A stretch of DNA of 60,667 bases, counting the filler, from Sphacelaria rigidula (Eukaryota), in NCBI GenBank assembly GCA_964200075.2. It is 5 parts of 5 records of this genome, joined end to end, with 100 filler letters (N's around TTAATTAATTAA, not from the genome) between each part and the next. Parts side by side here need not be neighbours in the genome. Positions count along the whole stretch, not along the records: positions 12,156 to 24,209 come from CAXNAA020004186.1; positions 24,310 to 36,363 come from CAXNAA020004187.1; 3 more parts are not named here. The stretch is one strand, 5' to 3'. Shown piece by piece: positions 12,156 through 24,957 of this stretch (the first letter of the stretch is position 1; each line of letters opens with the position of its first letter). Under the pieces are notes generated by a model that was given only the letters and a program-made list of their open reading frames with translations, was not told the DNA's origin and ran no database searches. The translations under genes were made by a program, and so were the position numbers.

Positions 12156-13889
12156 CCCGGTCCCCCCCCCCCCCCCCCGCCCCCCTATCGTACAAATGAG
12201 TACGCCCCCCTATCGTACGATGACCCCAAAGTTTGAATTCATTTTTGTCCAGCAGTTGGAGTGTTATTCTGCTTGACGTTCATTGTTTACCGACTATCTG
12301 CATCATGAGTAAAATCTTTCTAATACGGTTTTCTTTGCATAGCGGTGATATAAGGCTGACGCCGGGACTACTGTCCTGATGTGATACCTTGGGCTGCTGC
12401 CGTCGTTGCTGTTGGTGATAATGAGGTGATATTCGACTATGCCCGCACTAGATCCTCTTCGTGTGTAATTCCTGTGCATGTGTACTTGCTGCTCGATCGT
12501 CTGCAGGCAGGGTAAGATGAATGCGTAACGGGATAGCGATGCAACACCAAATTGAACCCCTCAGACGGTCACGCGTTGTCGCAGTGGACGTTACACCCGT
12601 TACCTTCCTACTACGACACATGTATCGCGTATGTATCATTGCTCAGCAACAGAGCACTTCATGATATCACCTCCGTTCGGTGTGGGTGCTTGGAATAGCA
12701 GCTCAGCGTGTGCGGTCTATGGTCTACATGAGTGGCGAGTGAATAATGCATAAAGTGAATAATTATATACAGAAAACGATCATTCCTGTGCTGTTTTTCC
12801 CAGATATACAATTAGCGCTCGCAGCGAGCCATTTGGCTCGCGCACAGAGCTTTGCAAGTAAGCAGAGCCATGCTTGAGAGGACGACAATTCAGCCAACAG
12901 TAAGAAGAACAGTGATTGAGGGCAGTTAGCTGGATAAGGAAGTTTTCCGAGCACTCGAATCCTGGACCATAACGTGACGATGAGTCCAAAAGACAGATTG
13001 AGAGAAGAGTTGAGGCGGACTGAAGGACAGTAGGAGTACACGCCTGAAGCCGCAAAATGCGAAGCAGTAGCACAGTACGAAAAAGATGGAGAAAAAGATG
13101 GAGAAAGCGATAGAGGTGTGCAAAGTGGCGGTACAGGTCTGATGCAGAACCTTCTAATACGAGAACAGCTAGCCAAGATTAGCACCTTATCCCAACAGAA
13201 CCAATCCGGCATCAGTACATGTCGGGGCAAGCAAGTCGAGAAAGTATTGTTCATGTACCCAATCACCGCCTTATGCCCCCTGGGGATGGCTCTGTGAAAG
13301 CAGACCCTCGAGTCCAAGTTTCGTGTCTTTCGGGTGCAGTTGGTCGCGTAATTTGAAAAGAAGAATTATTTGATGGTCTTTACACCCCTGTTCCCGTAGA
13401 GTTTGGTTTTGATCGAAACAGATAAGTTATCCCCGATCGTGGAAAATATATAGCCATGTTCGGACGCCCCACCCGAATCGTGGGATGATTGTGTACATTT
13501 TCCGACAATTTCGCCAGCTGCTGGCAGAATTTTTAGATTGGCCTTGGGGAATCATCATTGGTTTCGTCGGTAGAACTGACCTAATCGGGCACAAACGTTG
13601 GCGATTTGGTTTTTCGATTTTGGACTCGGATGTGCCAATAGGTATTACGCCCGTCCTTTTCCCTTAGATTTTCGACATTCAGCGGGGATACTGCTAGCAA
13701 TGAATGAATGAAATAGACACGCAGACGTTAGAGGGTATCATAATGACTGAGCACGCCGCAGTAGAGTTGCCTATTTGTCGAGCAGGTACTAGTGTAAGTC
13801 ATGTCCTCGCTGCCACTGCATCTGGCGATTTCGGAAGTGTTACCTGAGGGGGAAAGGGACAATGATTTTTCTTGCAGAAATTGCCAAGG

Positions 13890-14311
13890 AACACGAGATC
13901 TTACTAATTGGGGATGGATCTTTTATTGGGGTTGAGAAACCCGGAGAATTAAATTTTCGTGTCTACACCGAATCTCGTTCCATTTCTGATAGCTATTGAC
14001 AACTGCTACACGCCATAGAAACTTGGATTTCGATCACTGAAATGGTGGGGTCCTACGTGAAAGACCAAATATGGAGCCATTTTGGCGTCCATTCGAACAC
14101 CCGACTTTCCCCCGCATTGGTTTTTCACCTGGGACCCCATTTCGGTGATCGAAATCCAAAATTCCATTGCGTGTTGCAGTTGTCAATAGCTATCAGTAGG
14201 TGAAGAAATGGAACCATATGTCGAAGATTTGCTGTGGATACGAAGACTATAATTCTCCGGGTTTCTCATCCCCAATAAAAGATCCATCCCCGACTTTTAA
14301 GATCCCGTGTT
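13890..14311. mobile_element. Long-TIR palindromic MITE, copy 1
   Basis: aacacgagatctta...ggggatggatcttttattgggg is inverted to ccccaataaaagatccatcccc...taagatcccgtgtt; arms pair over ~180 bp. Homologous to 26469-26835. Confidence 0.85.
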
Positions 14312-14340
14312 GAGGGCGTGGTAAAAGCCACCAACATGAC

Positions 14341-14388
14341 AACCCTAGTGAAGACCACTGTAAGCACGCGGTCCTCTCACTCATTACA
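14341..14388 (+). mobile_element. Isolated right end of the telomere-repeat-carrying element family (see 18565-18844)
   Basis: aaccctag ... taagcacgcggtcctctcactcattaca matches taagcacgcggtcctctcatgcattaca at 18817-18844 (26/28). Confidence 0.75.
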
Positions 14389-14449
14389 CCACCATCACCT
14401 AGAGTATTATAGGTCTAAGGGGGGTCCGAGTGACGGTCACATCCCTGAG

Positions 14450-15570
14450 TTGCCACCCCATTCGGCCCGATGCCGCCAGTCTCAACGTCTCCCGCAACCC
14501 CCGCACGACGATTCACAACCTTACCAAGGATGGTATTGCCCTACAGGTGTATGTCACGATTGTGTTTGTAGGATGGCCTGCGGTGTTCAGTAAGATACAC
14601 CTAGTCAGGGTAAGGTACAACAGTCTAGTGATATACCTGTTTGAGTTCCGGGTACTACGCGGAATGACTTTATATTGTGATGTTGGTGACTGGACATACA
14701 TGAGTGGTGCTTGTCGCATCTTGGTACCTTGGCCCCCATAGGGCCCACTCCCCTTCCTTCCCTCTTCATCAACAAAGCTTTACATACATTTCTACCTCAT
14801 CTTGATCGGCAGTCAGCCGTGTCCATTGATCGACTATCGCAGTCGTGTCCATTGATCGACTATCTGAGTCGAGTCTGTACACCATCCTCTCACGGGGTCA
14901 CGAAGCTACAAACACTCAAACAGATTGTAGTGATCAACACGACTGTGCACATTCCTGTGAAGGTAGGATCAGGAGTGTCGATCGCCACCAAGGCGGTCGA
15001 GGTTTCAGATGAACTTCAGACACGTGTGCAGCAGAAGACCAACCCGCAGCACATTACGGGGGACCCCACCCCCTCGTTATTCTTCACTTATTCGCGTGCC
15101 TAATCCGTGCAATTGTCCGCACACCACACCGATGACGTAGATAACCACATCTCCGTCGACGCTCACGCTTTCGAGGGCACGGGTTTCGCCTAATGTGTCC
15201 AGTAATCGCTGTCACCTCCACCGTATGAATCCTGATAGAAGCGCCATCCCATCAAGTTCAACACCAACCACCGCACATGCGCGACGCCCCCCAATATCCA
15301 CATCCCTACCCACAATATGCACCTGAACGTCCAGCTCCATTTTGCCTTCAACCGACGCAAAGTACTATCCACCACACCGACCATATGACTACCACCAAAC
15401 TCACTACCCTCTGTCGTCACCCGACCCTCGACAGCTTTATCCATATGCCCCCCCCCATACTTTGTCATCTACCGCGTTGTCTTCCCCTGATGCTTCTTCT
15501 TCGGTGCATGCGCAGCTTTGCATGGCGCGTTCTATGGCAACAGGTCGGTCAAGTTTTCAAATTGATGGTT
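14450..15570 (-). pseudogene. Heavily decayed tyrosine-recombinase-like ORF (DIRS/Ngaro/Crypton type)
   Basis: Motif remnants appear in the expected order across frameshifts: VDSTLRRLKAKWSW, GVGSPVMCCGLVF../HVSEV (cf. R-x-S-E), ADQDEVE../DEEGRKG (cf. SKGDQ..G), PLM, GHPTNTIVTYTCR (cf. HSLR). From motif recall only. Confidence 0.4.
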
Positions 15571-16814
15571 TGATTTGGGGGTGTTTGCGGGCGTGACATC
15601 ACATGCCCGGGAGCATGCAGAATATTCGTTTTTGGCGACCCCCCCCTCACGTTGACGAGAATGCAACTGTAGGTGATGGGACGACATTCTCGGCAAAGGC
15701 AGTTTATAGTCAAAAATTGAGATTCCACGTGCGATCTTGTACGGGTTTGCTGCTTCCTCCACAGATTTGTGTGTCCAGTCGACAAATGTATAATTACAAG
15801 AACGTACCTAGTTCGATTTATTTTCATTGCACCACGTGTGCAGAAGGAGCAGAATATCATCCTAAACCAGGCGAGAGTGCATTTGCAATATACACAGGCT
15901 ACGTTTCGGTTCATTGTCAAGCCCTGCAGACAGGTGCACTTTTGGTGTATTTTTCACTTGATTTCAAAGCACACATATTTTGGGGTCATTTTGTTCTCTG
16001 AAGCTCTGTAAAGTCAGCATTTCTTTCGTACTTGAATTACTTTATTGTATTTCATTTTATCCGTCACATTAGCTCGATCTCTCGAACCCGTGGTCACAGA
16101 GTGCGAGGAGCATACCACCAGTATACCCATAAGCCAAGCAGCCCGCAGAAGAAGGTAAGAAACAGAATATCTACACGAATACGAGTGCAATATTTCGCTC
16201 ATTATACGTTGATGTGAAGACAACAACATACGTATCACCCTCTTCGGTGCATTTCGCTGGGCATTGCGGGGCGTTCGGGTCCTGCTTCGATTTTGGGGTG
16301 CATACCCTTTCCGCGCTGTGCTCTCCCGGGCATATTGACGTTTGATGCATGTAGTCGTTGGGCGGGGAACCCTTCAACCGTCGGAGATGCCACCTCTTAC
16401 CGTACACAGGCCCCGAATTCATTCGTGTAACCGGTACCATTTTCGCTTGAAAATTGGATCGACATCATGCTCAGTTGGATGGGCTGTGCGGAACGGCTCG
16501 CTGTTCAATCTCGGAGCAATGCTACGATAGGGGTTGCACTTTTTGTTTCTGGGTCTCGTTCTTGTAGGAGCCCAAATGTATGGGGCTTACTGTGCAACCC
16601 AAATCTCCGGGGACAGGACATGGAGATGCACACCGGGGCCTTTTCGTGAATCGGCATCGTTTTCAGTCTTTTTCAAGTGAACATGATGCCAATTCTCAAA
16701 ATGATCCGTGCAACACCCCGAGAAACATTTTCGCTCAAAAAGTGCAACACTATCGAAGCATCACTCCTCGGGGCACACCGGGAGCATGTTGTGATCTTTA
16801 GTCGGCAGTCGGTC

Positions 16815-17038
16815 GCCCCGGTGGCTCAGTTGGTAAACCCGGAACGTAATGACGGTTAGGTCGTGACCTCGGACCTCAGTGCAGTTACACGATCTGGAAC
16901 TTTATCTCACACCTTGTCTAGCAGTGGACGGCGACTATGTCGTGGATAGACAGAATTCGATTTCACGGTCGACGAGAAAAAGGGACCGCTGAACCTCTCT
17001 AACGATGAAAACATTGACCGACCACCACATAATTTTTT
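16815..17038 (+). mobile_element. tRNA-derived SINE-like element
   Basis: tRNA-like head gccccggTGGCTCAGTTGGtaa with a consensus A box, a decayed B box (ggtcgtgacctcggacctc) ~30 nt later, a non-tRNA body and a T-run at the end. Does not form a full cloverleaf. Confidence 0.6.
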
Positions 17039-17716
17039 GTGTTGATCTCATTCTGTGCGACAGACGTGACGCACACAACTATCATGCATCTATATCGCAT
17101 GATCTCAACTTCACTTCGTGTTAAGCGTTTGAATCAACCGGTAGGGTAGTTCATCTGGGCCATGCAGTAATTTGTCAAGTCCAAGTAACTGATGCTGATT
17201 CAAAACCAGATAACCCATCATGGCCGTCAAATTGTCAAACTCGTTCCAACTATACTGCTATATGTGTTCTTGGTATGCGGGGGCGGTCAATTCCTCAGGT
17301 TCACCTTTGGTTGTGATGGGTTATGTTGAGCATTCGTATGTACTCATCATCCATGTTGCCCTTCGGGCTGAAAACGGAAAAAGAAGGGGTTTTGTGGAAC
17401 CAGCAACGAATTTACACAAAATCGAACCAGCATCATGCTATAAAACAATCACAATAAACGACAAAATTTTCCAGCCGCTCTCCATCAACCCTTTGACGGC
17501 GAGAAAAGTGGGTCATCTGCTGAGGTGGCATCATCAAGTTTTGTCAATTCAAGTATCCACGATCCAGGTTGACTACCGCACTTTACCCATGAGCTGCTGC
17601 GGCTTTTTCTCCAAACTATGACATTTGCCATTACGCAACGCACATAGCCATCACCGGTGCTCATGTTCGTCTGTTGTCGATCTACTGATCGTGGCGGCGA
17701 AGCCGCAGAAACTCTC

Positions 17717-17718
<2 letters not shown>

Positions 17719-17752
<34 letters not shown>
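17719..17752. repeat. (TA)n microsatellite; shorter ones at 517-537 and 3299-3316
   Basis: Directly visible. Confidence 0.95.
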
Positions 17753-17756
<4 letters not shown>

Positions 17757-18564
17757 AGTGGTAGACTACGTTTTGATCCCAATTCACGATCGTCATCGCG
17801 TTTGGCCAGCCGGCTACTCCCCACACACGGCTACATTGTGGCGCCTTCAGTCGCAAACCCTTCATCTCCGCAATTAGTCAGTATGGGTACGGTCGCGCGT
17901 GACGCTGAAGAGTCTAGTTCCAGCCCTACTTCAGGTAGTGGCGTTGACGATTCTTCTCCCTGTGTGGAACCTCGTTCCTCGCCGGTCGGCACTTCCCCAT
18001 ATCGAGTAGCGGGGTTGCTTCTTCTCCCACTATAGAGTCTCGTTCCCCCAAGAGCGGAGTTGATATCCCCCCTCCGTAGAGCCTCATTCTTCGTCCGTCG
18101 GCAAAGCCGCTACTACATCAAGTGGCGCAGTTAATTATGTTCTCCCATGTGTCGACACAGCCTCAGCGTCATAAAGAAATATTTTGTACTTCATTGTCCC
18201 CACGGTGTTGACTTACAGTATATCTTCGCCGGGGGCGTTGTATATCCCCCCATTCGGTGTTTGTGTCCATCCCGCTTTCCCAAAAGGGTTGTACCTGTAC
18301 CCCAAGGTGTTTGTGCCCAGCCAGCTTCATCGGCGGTAAGCAGTATACCTTTTTCGTGAGCTGTCTCGCGTGTGTAGCTCCTGCAACCGCCGACGATGTC
18401 GCTCGCCGGCAGGGAGGGGAATTAAGTTACTACCGTTGACAATTCGCCGGCATTCCTGTAGCCGCTGAATCACTCGGGGAAATTCGAGTCGCTACTGACG
18501 CTGCCGCTCCCGTCGACTTCGCTGATACCGCCGCCATTGTCGTCAACATAAGATAAGGTTGTGT

Positions 18565-18844
18565 TGTAATGCGTGAGAGGACCTCGTGCTTCGAGGACCG
18601 CGTGCTTAGAGGACCGTGCCGTAATTCAAAATACCTCAGGATCGACGTTTTTAAAAAACAATCGGGTCAATCTCTCAAGGTACCTCGCCCCTGACCCTAA
18701 CCCTAACACTAACACTAACCCTAACCCTAACCCTAACACTAACACTAACCCTAACCCTAACCCAACCCTAACCCTCACCCTAACCCTAGGGGTGTTCAAA
18801 TTCCGATGCGATCCTCTAAGCACGCGGTCCTCTCATGCATTACA
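18565..18844. mobile_element. 280-bp non-autonomous TIR element (TGT...ACA ends, 4-bp TSD; Ginger-like hallmarks) containing a (CCCTAA/CACTAA)n array
   Basis: Left end tgtaatgcgtgagaggacc..gcgtgcttagaggaccg; right-end reverse complement tgtaatgcatgagaggaccgcgtgcttagaggatcg. GTGT directly flanks both ends (18561-18564, 18845-18848). About 17 hexamer units at 18689-18789. Confidence 0.85.
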
Positions 18845-20053
18845 GTGTCCGAGCCCCCGCAGTCGATACCGCTTCCGTGAACTTTGCTGATACCGCCGCG
18901 AACACATGACGCGATGGTATCCGAGCCCCCGCGGTTGCTGCCTACCGTCGACTTCACCGACACTATCTCTGACAACGCCAACTCCGCTGGCATCACCGCC
19001 CACAATACCACAGCCGTTGCCGCCGCCGCTTCCACCTACTGCGCCAACCACATCGCCGCTGCCAACAAATCACACGGTAAAAATTGAGCCACAGCCGCCG
19101 ACGCCTTCATCCATACCATCGCAGCCGATACCGCAGCCGATACCATTGCCGTCGACTCTGTCGGCCCCACCACGATCAACACAACAGCCGCTGCCGCTGC
19201 CACCGACTCTGGCGGCAACACCGCAAACAGCATAACAGCCGCTGCCACTATCGCGTACTTTGCTGACAATGCCACAGCCGCGGTCGCGGCCTCTGTCGGC
19301 ACCGCCGCCAACAGTGTTGCAGCCGCTATCGATCCTGGAACCAAGCCGTTCTACGTGTGGCGTCATCCGTTCCGGGCGACTGGAACAGAGGGACGCAGAG
19401 GCATACCGATGCGCTCGAGCATGGAGGGCTATGGTAGCGGGGGGGCACGAGAGTTGCGCGGGAATGCTGGGAACCTGTCGGTCTTGCTGCATGGACCACG
19501 AAGATAGAGCCGAACCTCACGGCCAGTTGAGAAATACAGAGGACGGAGATGGACGCTGGAGAAGTGTATGCCCCAAATGAGGCCGTGTCAAGTGCTCTCT
19601 TGACGACATCTCTAGCCTATCATTAGCGTCATGCTTTCGATCATTTTGATTTTGACCGGGCTTTCGACCCATTAGTTCGAGATGAGGCCGCAATGACATG
19701 ACCATTGCCTGGTTGTATTGCTTTAGTTGACAAAATGGTTGAAGGTTGGCAATAGTTTGATAATTGTCGTGTTTTACTAGGTATTTTAAAATAAACGGAC
19801 CCACCGAACGTTTGGCTGGCGTCAAAGCGCTTGGATGTTCAGGCTGTTAATTTTGATTATATATAGGGATTTTGGTTCGATCTTTTTTGCTTGTTTCGGA
19901 TGATCAGTTCGTAACTGTGATTTACGAAAGATGTATGGCTTGCTCGTTCACTGCGGGAGGGGGCGGGCGCTTCGATGAGCGTTCCTGCCTGAAAAATTAT
20001 CGTTCAGGTGTTTTTTTTCATCCCTTTTCAACATAGGATTTCAGGTGTTACAC

Positions 20054-20250
20054 CTGGTAACTAATGTGGCCACCGCATCAAACTCCAAGCATATCGACAT
20101 TCGCCCCCAATTCCTTCGCGACCGGGCGACAAACGGGAAGTTTAGGGTGGTTCATGTGAAGTCGGTCTTGCAAGATGCTGATTTTCTCACAAAACCGTTG
20201 CATAAGAAGGAATTGTTTTAGGCATCGCAACTTTATGATGGATATCCTCT
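20054..20250 (+). pseudogene. Ty1/Copia RNase H C-terminal remnant
   Basis: Translates LVTNVATASNSKHIDIRPQFLRDRATNGKFRVVHVKSVLQDADFLTKPLHKKE, containing the Copia KHID and ADxxTKPL motifs. Confidence 0.85.
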
Positions 20251-20899
20251 ATATCCATACATATTCGGGTTGGACCCCTTCTCGTTTGTGCGTGTTGAGG
20301 ACGAGTTCAGTCTGGATAAATCTTTCGTTTTCGATTGCGTTTGAGATCTAGAAGGAGACAACTTGGAACGACATGCCTCATTTCCAGTCTGAGTAATATT
20401 GGTTTCGCTGTTGGTTGGATATGAGGTCTTGAAGGAGACGCCTCACTTCTCATATAATCTAACGCGTAGCTTTGTTTTCTTGTTTGAGTGAATTTAAGCT
20501 CTTTGGACGGTACAACGATGTATATGTTATGTAACCGTTACAATACACGCTTGACCTTCCTGTTGGGTGGGATAGTTCTTACTGCATTTGAGGTGGATAG
20601 TGCTGCCATAGAGTTTTAGTAGAACACTATAGGTGAGCAACCAGTATATATCTATATATATATTGGGATGAAGCTCAGAGGCGTTGCAAGATATCACGAT
20701 TCGCGGGTCTGCTCGTAGATCCTGGGGGCCATGACGCGTTGTATCGCGTTTGTTATTGCCACTATCATGTGTTATTCGATGGTGCCTAAAGCACCACGCC
20801 CTACCTGGCACTTGCCTAGCTTGCACCCTGCTCTGCTTTTATGACTGTGCCCCGGCTGTACTGAGTTGCAGAGCTGCTTGTAGATAAAATATGATGCTA

Positions 20900-23100
20900 T
20901 CGATTGTGGCCCAACGCAACTGCGAACCCTTGAAATTACCACTGAGGAAAGCCAGCGGTTCATGCGTCATATCTTCGACCGGCAAGCGTGTTTGCATTTC
21001 AACTTCAGGCGCCTGCGTGACAAAACTACCCCAACGGCACTCAGATGCTTCCGGAAACATTAACATCTGACAATCAGGACGTGGATGGAACAGCGTCACG
21101 GCATAAGCTACCGGATCCTTCACTGCCGCCAACGCCTGCAGCCTGCCCTCCGTCCACGATGCAGCCTTCTTCGAAACGGCCATATTCAGACTGGACCACC
21201 CCACCTGCAAGTTCCGTAACACCAACCCGAGCGCTAAACAAGCTGCCCTGCGCGACACCAACCAACTCGACTTCACTGGATCGTACCGCCGCGGCTTTGT
21301 CTTCACCGCGGGCGCCCCAGGTCTTAGCTGGACATGCATGGGCTCCACGCGCGCAGGGGGGTTACCCCGCAGCGCACGACGAAACGCGTTGACACGGCCA
21401 TGCAATATGCTGCGCAGGCGCTCCGCTGTTGAAGCGCTGAAAACGTTCGCCTCAGCATCCGTCACGCTCTCCCCCAGCGCGAGTTTCCGAGCGGACTCAT
21501 GTTCCGCCGGATCCATGAACATCTCCGGGCCGCGCTCCACCAAGCGTTCCACCGCCGCATCCCGCTCCTGGGTCACCTGTCCTCCAGCCTCCTGAAAAGC
21601 ATCCACCGACAACCTCACGCGAGCACTACCCAAAAAGGCGGGCGCCTCCAATCGCAGACCAGGTGGAGACATTCGCGTCTTGATGGAGTCCCACAACGAT
21701 GCATACGGGCCGACTCTAAGATCCTGAAGCGTCGGTAATCCCGGAAGATTGATGCCATCCGACTCTGACATGGTCGCAAACGAGATTGGAGGTAACGGCG
21801 CCGGCCCCAGGAAGTCGTGAAAGTCAGCTGCAGCGGAACAGTACGCTCTGTCACGTAAACACGCTCATCTGACGCGTTGACGCCGCACCCCGAGCGAAAA
21901 CAGAACGCGTGGCAGCACACCCGGGAGAAGACGCTCCGACATCTCTACAATCTGCACCGACAGACTCACATGACTCGTGAAGTGGGCGCCAGAATCCGAC
22001 ATAGCCCGAACCGCAATGGCCTCACGCTGCCGTTGATTCGGAAGACACAGCTTCGGAGGAACGTACTTGTGTGCAAACTCGACTGGCACTTCATTCGCCG
22101 ACCGATGCGCCGCCGGTCCCACTTGATGCCATGGCTACGCAAGCTACGCACGCGAAGACGCCCAGGCAGGTTAAAACGGCACCGCCGGCGGGTACGGCCC
22201 CCAGCCAGCTGACCAAGAATTCGGCGAACTCCGACCAGCGCATCAGCAGGCGTCGCGCTTGGCGCTGCTGCCGGTGTGGCCACCGGCGCCACCACCGGCG
22301 CCGACGCCGTTTTCAACACTGCAGAAAAGGGTCCCACTCGCACCGCGGTTGCAGAGCAGCAGCACATACGGCGGCGCCAGACCCAGAACAAGACCCATGC
22401 TAACGCCGCTACCCCTGCTGCTATTACTACTGCTGCTGCTGCTGCTGCGGAGGACTCGACTTCGACCCCCCACCGCCGGAGGATTCGCCGCTGCCACCAC
22501 CCTCATTACCTCGTCCTTTGTCCTTGTGCCGACAATGCTGATGGCGCGCGGCATGAGACTGCCCAGACTCTCCATCGGGAGATGTTGGCCAATCGCGCGC
22601 GTAACGGCCGACCTGGCAACGACAGTGGCAAGTGCCCGCCGCATGCCCAGCATGCGTTTTGATCGCCGCAACCAATTGCTGCGGGTTGATTGTGCTTTTT
22701 TCATGTTCCACACACGCAAACACTCTTTACACATGCGTCGGCACCTGTTGAGCTATCGACACTGCCTGGTGTCGCACTGCATATCCTGGGTTAGCGTGCT
22801 CCAGACGCTTACCGTACTCTGCGTCCTTTGCGTGGAAAGTGCGAAATGCACTTTCGGAGTACCTATCGACGTATTGGGGAGGTCGCAACTCTTTCCGCAT
22901 AACCACGGGCGTCACGCTGGACGCATTACGCTAGACGGTCGCTATAGCTGCAGCCGGCTACCTGCGAACCTTTCGCAGGCCAGCGGACCTTCGCGAATTA
23001 CACATTTTTTTGCTTCGTCGCCGCACCACGAAGTCGTAGGAGCCTCCGAACTCCCGCTGCACGTAGCTTTAGCAAGTCTCTAGTCTGGATCAATCACCGG
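20900..23100 (-). mobile_element. Decayed Ty3/Gypsy element (gag-like, protease, RT N-terminus fused to RNase H); same family as 37260-41560
   Basis: Protease MSDSGAHFTS; RVEPM..RRYDPVKSSWL..MAVSKK joined directly to ASWTEGRLQA..VTLFHPRPDCQMLMF..HEPLAFLSGNFKGSQLRWATID. Collinear with the contig-4 copy. Confidence 0.9.
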
Positions 23101-23249
23101 TCAGCCGCCTTTATTCAGCTGCCGTCAGCTTGACCCCCTCCACGCGTCCGTGGTTTATCAGGTTTTACCACAGCTTCCAGACTCCTCCGCGGAGCGTCTT
23201 GAAGCAGGTTCCGCTAGATACTATCCCTAGTACAAACTCATATCGCTAT

Positions 23250-23504
23250 TGTGACGCCAGCCAGAAGAAGAACTGGTGGATCACTACCGATGAGGGACTC
23301 TCCAGTCTTACTGGCCTCAGTTTCAGTTGTCAGCCTTCACAACATTTTCATTGTCAGGGGTCCCTTACCAGGCACCAACTTTCCAGACACGTAGGGTATC
23401 ATCCCCGTGTCCCCGTAGATTTCCAGAATCCTCCCAGAATCCTCCACAATCCCCGTGCTCCCAGTCATTGTACCAGCTCGACGTAACAGCATAGTTTCGT
23501 CACA
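23250..23504 (-). repeat. Candidate 5' LTR (255 bp) of the minus-strand Gypsy element
   Basis: Bounded by inverted 7-mers TGTGACG...CGTCACA just upstream of the gag-like region. No matching second LTR in the contig. Confidence 0.4.
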
Positions 23505-24209
23505 ATGCCCAAACCTGGATATTATATCGTCTCAGTTTTTGAGAGTTGTGCTATGAAATTTCGTATGAAGAACCTCTAGTGCAAAACAAAAAAATGGCTT
23601 TTCATCTTTTCAAAAGGCGAATGCGCTGGCCAATAGTAAGAGTTGGAGCGTAAACTTCGGTGTGGACCATGCATAGGGCATTATGAACAAATTACGAACG
23701 CACCGAATTTTGTTTTTCATGAGTTAAGGGCAATAATCAGTTTTCGGGTTTCAATAAAATGTCCTTCACCCACGAAAAAAACAGAAGACATTTTGGTGTT
23801 GACGCTTTTTTTCTTTGCCCTCTATGCATTTTCCATACAAATTTATACGCTCCGACTCTAAATATTGACCGGCGCGTGGGCGTGCAAACTTCGAATCCGC
23901 GTCGGGGCTAGCCCAGCTCGTAGCGAACAAACCCATCAATGCGACGTAATCGCTTGCAAAGCAAGGCCACGACCCAAGATGGGAGAGTATGTGGCTTGCT
24001 GATCCTGTGTTCGACTTATGATATCAAAGCTGAATGTTCTCTCTCAGTACAATAGCCAGCTGTCTAAGTTGGAACAGCCCCACAGCCAGCAAACAAGTAC
24101 AATGGTAATGGAGGGTGATAGTACAGCACAGCTAAGACTCACGTCAATAAGGCTGTGGACTCGCGACACTGAAGACAGGAGATCGGTGGGTAGCTGATGA
24201 GCAAAGCTC

Positions 24210-24309
24210 NNNNNNNNNNNNNNNNNNNNNNNNNNNNNNNNNNNNNNNNNNNNTTAATTAATTAANNNNNNNNNNNNNNNNNNNNNNNNNNNNNNNNNNN
24301 NNNNNNNNN
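24210..24309. other. Artificial contig linker
   Basis: Identical N44-TTAATTAATTAA-N44. Confidence 0.98.
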
Positions 24310-24957
24310 CCTTTCCCACCACGCCCCCCTTCCGATTCCATTTGCCTATGGCATACATGATCATGAGTACCCCCCCCCCCCCCCCCACCCCCGCTCAGCG
24401 CCCAAATATTGGAAGTGTCTCTATTAGGTAGGAACGGTGCTCCGTCTCAAAAGGGATGCGTGGTCAATGGTCAGATACATGACGAAGGCAAGCGACCAAC
24501 GAATATCCCCCCAACTTGATCCTCATTTACAGCACCACATGTAGGCTGCTCCCGCACATGAGGAATGGGTTCGACAGGTGTGTCGATATGGCGTAGATCA
24601 TCAATTTCTCTGACATATCTTGAAGCTGTCGTCATATGTTCGCCATACATTTCTCCGTGGGGCCGAAAGTTAATGATTGTACTGAATTTCTCCATTGCCG
24701 CCCTTTTATATATTTTAAGCGGACGGAGCTGACCTCGTCGTGATTCAATCGCGCTCGTCCTGGTGTGACCCTTGATTCGCGTTCCTGTTGCTGCTGTCCG
24801 GTGTGCGATTATACACGTTGAAATCGCTGCTTGATGAAAAACACAATTGCGCAGGCTGCACGCACGGTTAGACTCCACCCCCAAGTATTATACGTACACA
24901 CCGTACAAGGCGTGGAGTGATAGGGGATAACCTGTGCGACAAATGGGTGTGCTACAG

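Noticed and set aside
18573-18890. NPNPNT / VRVRV / GLGLG ORFs as proteins, or a real chromosome end
   Set aside because: These are translations of the hexamer array, which is short, internal and enclosed by TIRs.
17780-19350. Ala/Pro-rich overlapping ORFs as a host gene
   Set aside because: Low-complexity GCC-rich sequence with stops in all frames and interrupted by the TIR element. Probably a decayed TE internal region, but no diagnostic domain.
20525-20770. 3' LTR partner of 23250-23504
   Set aside because: No sequence similarity to the candidate LTR.
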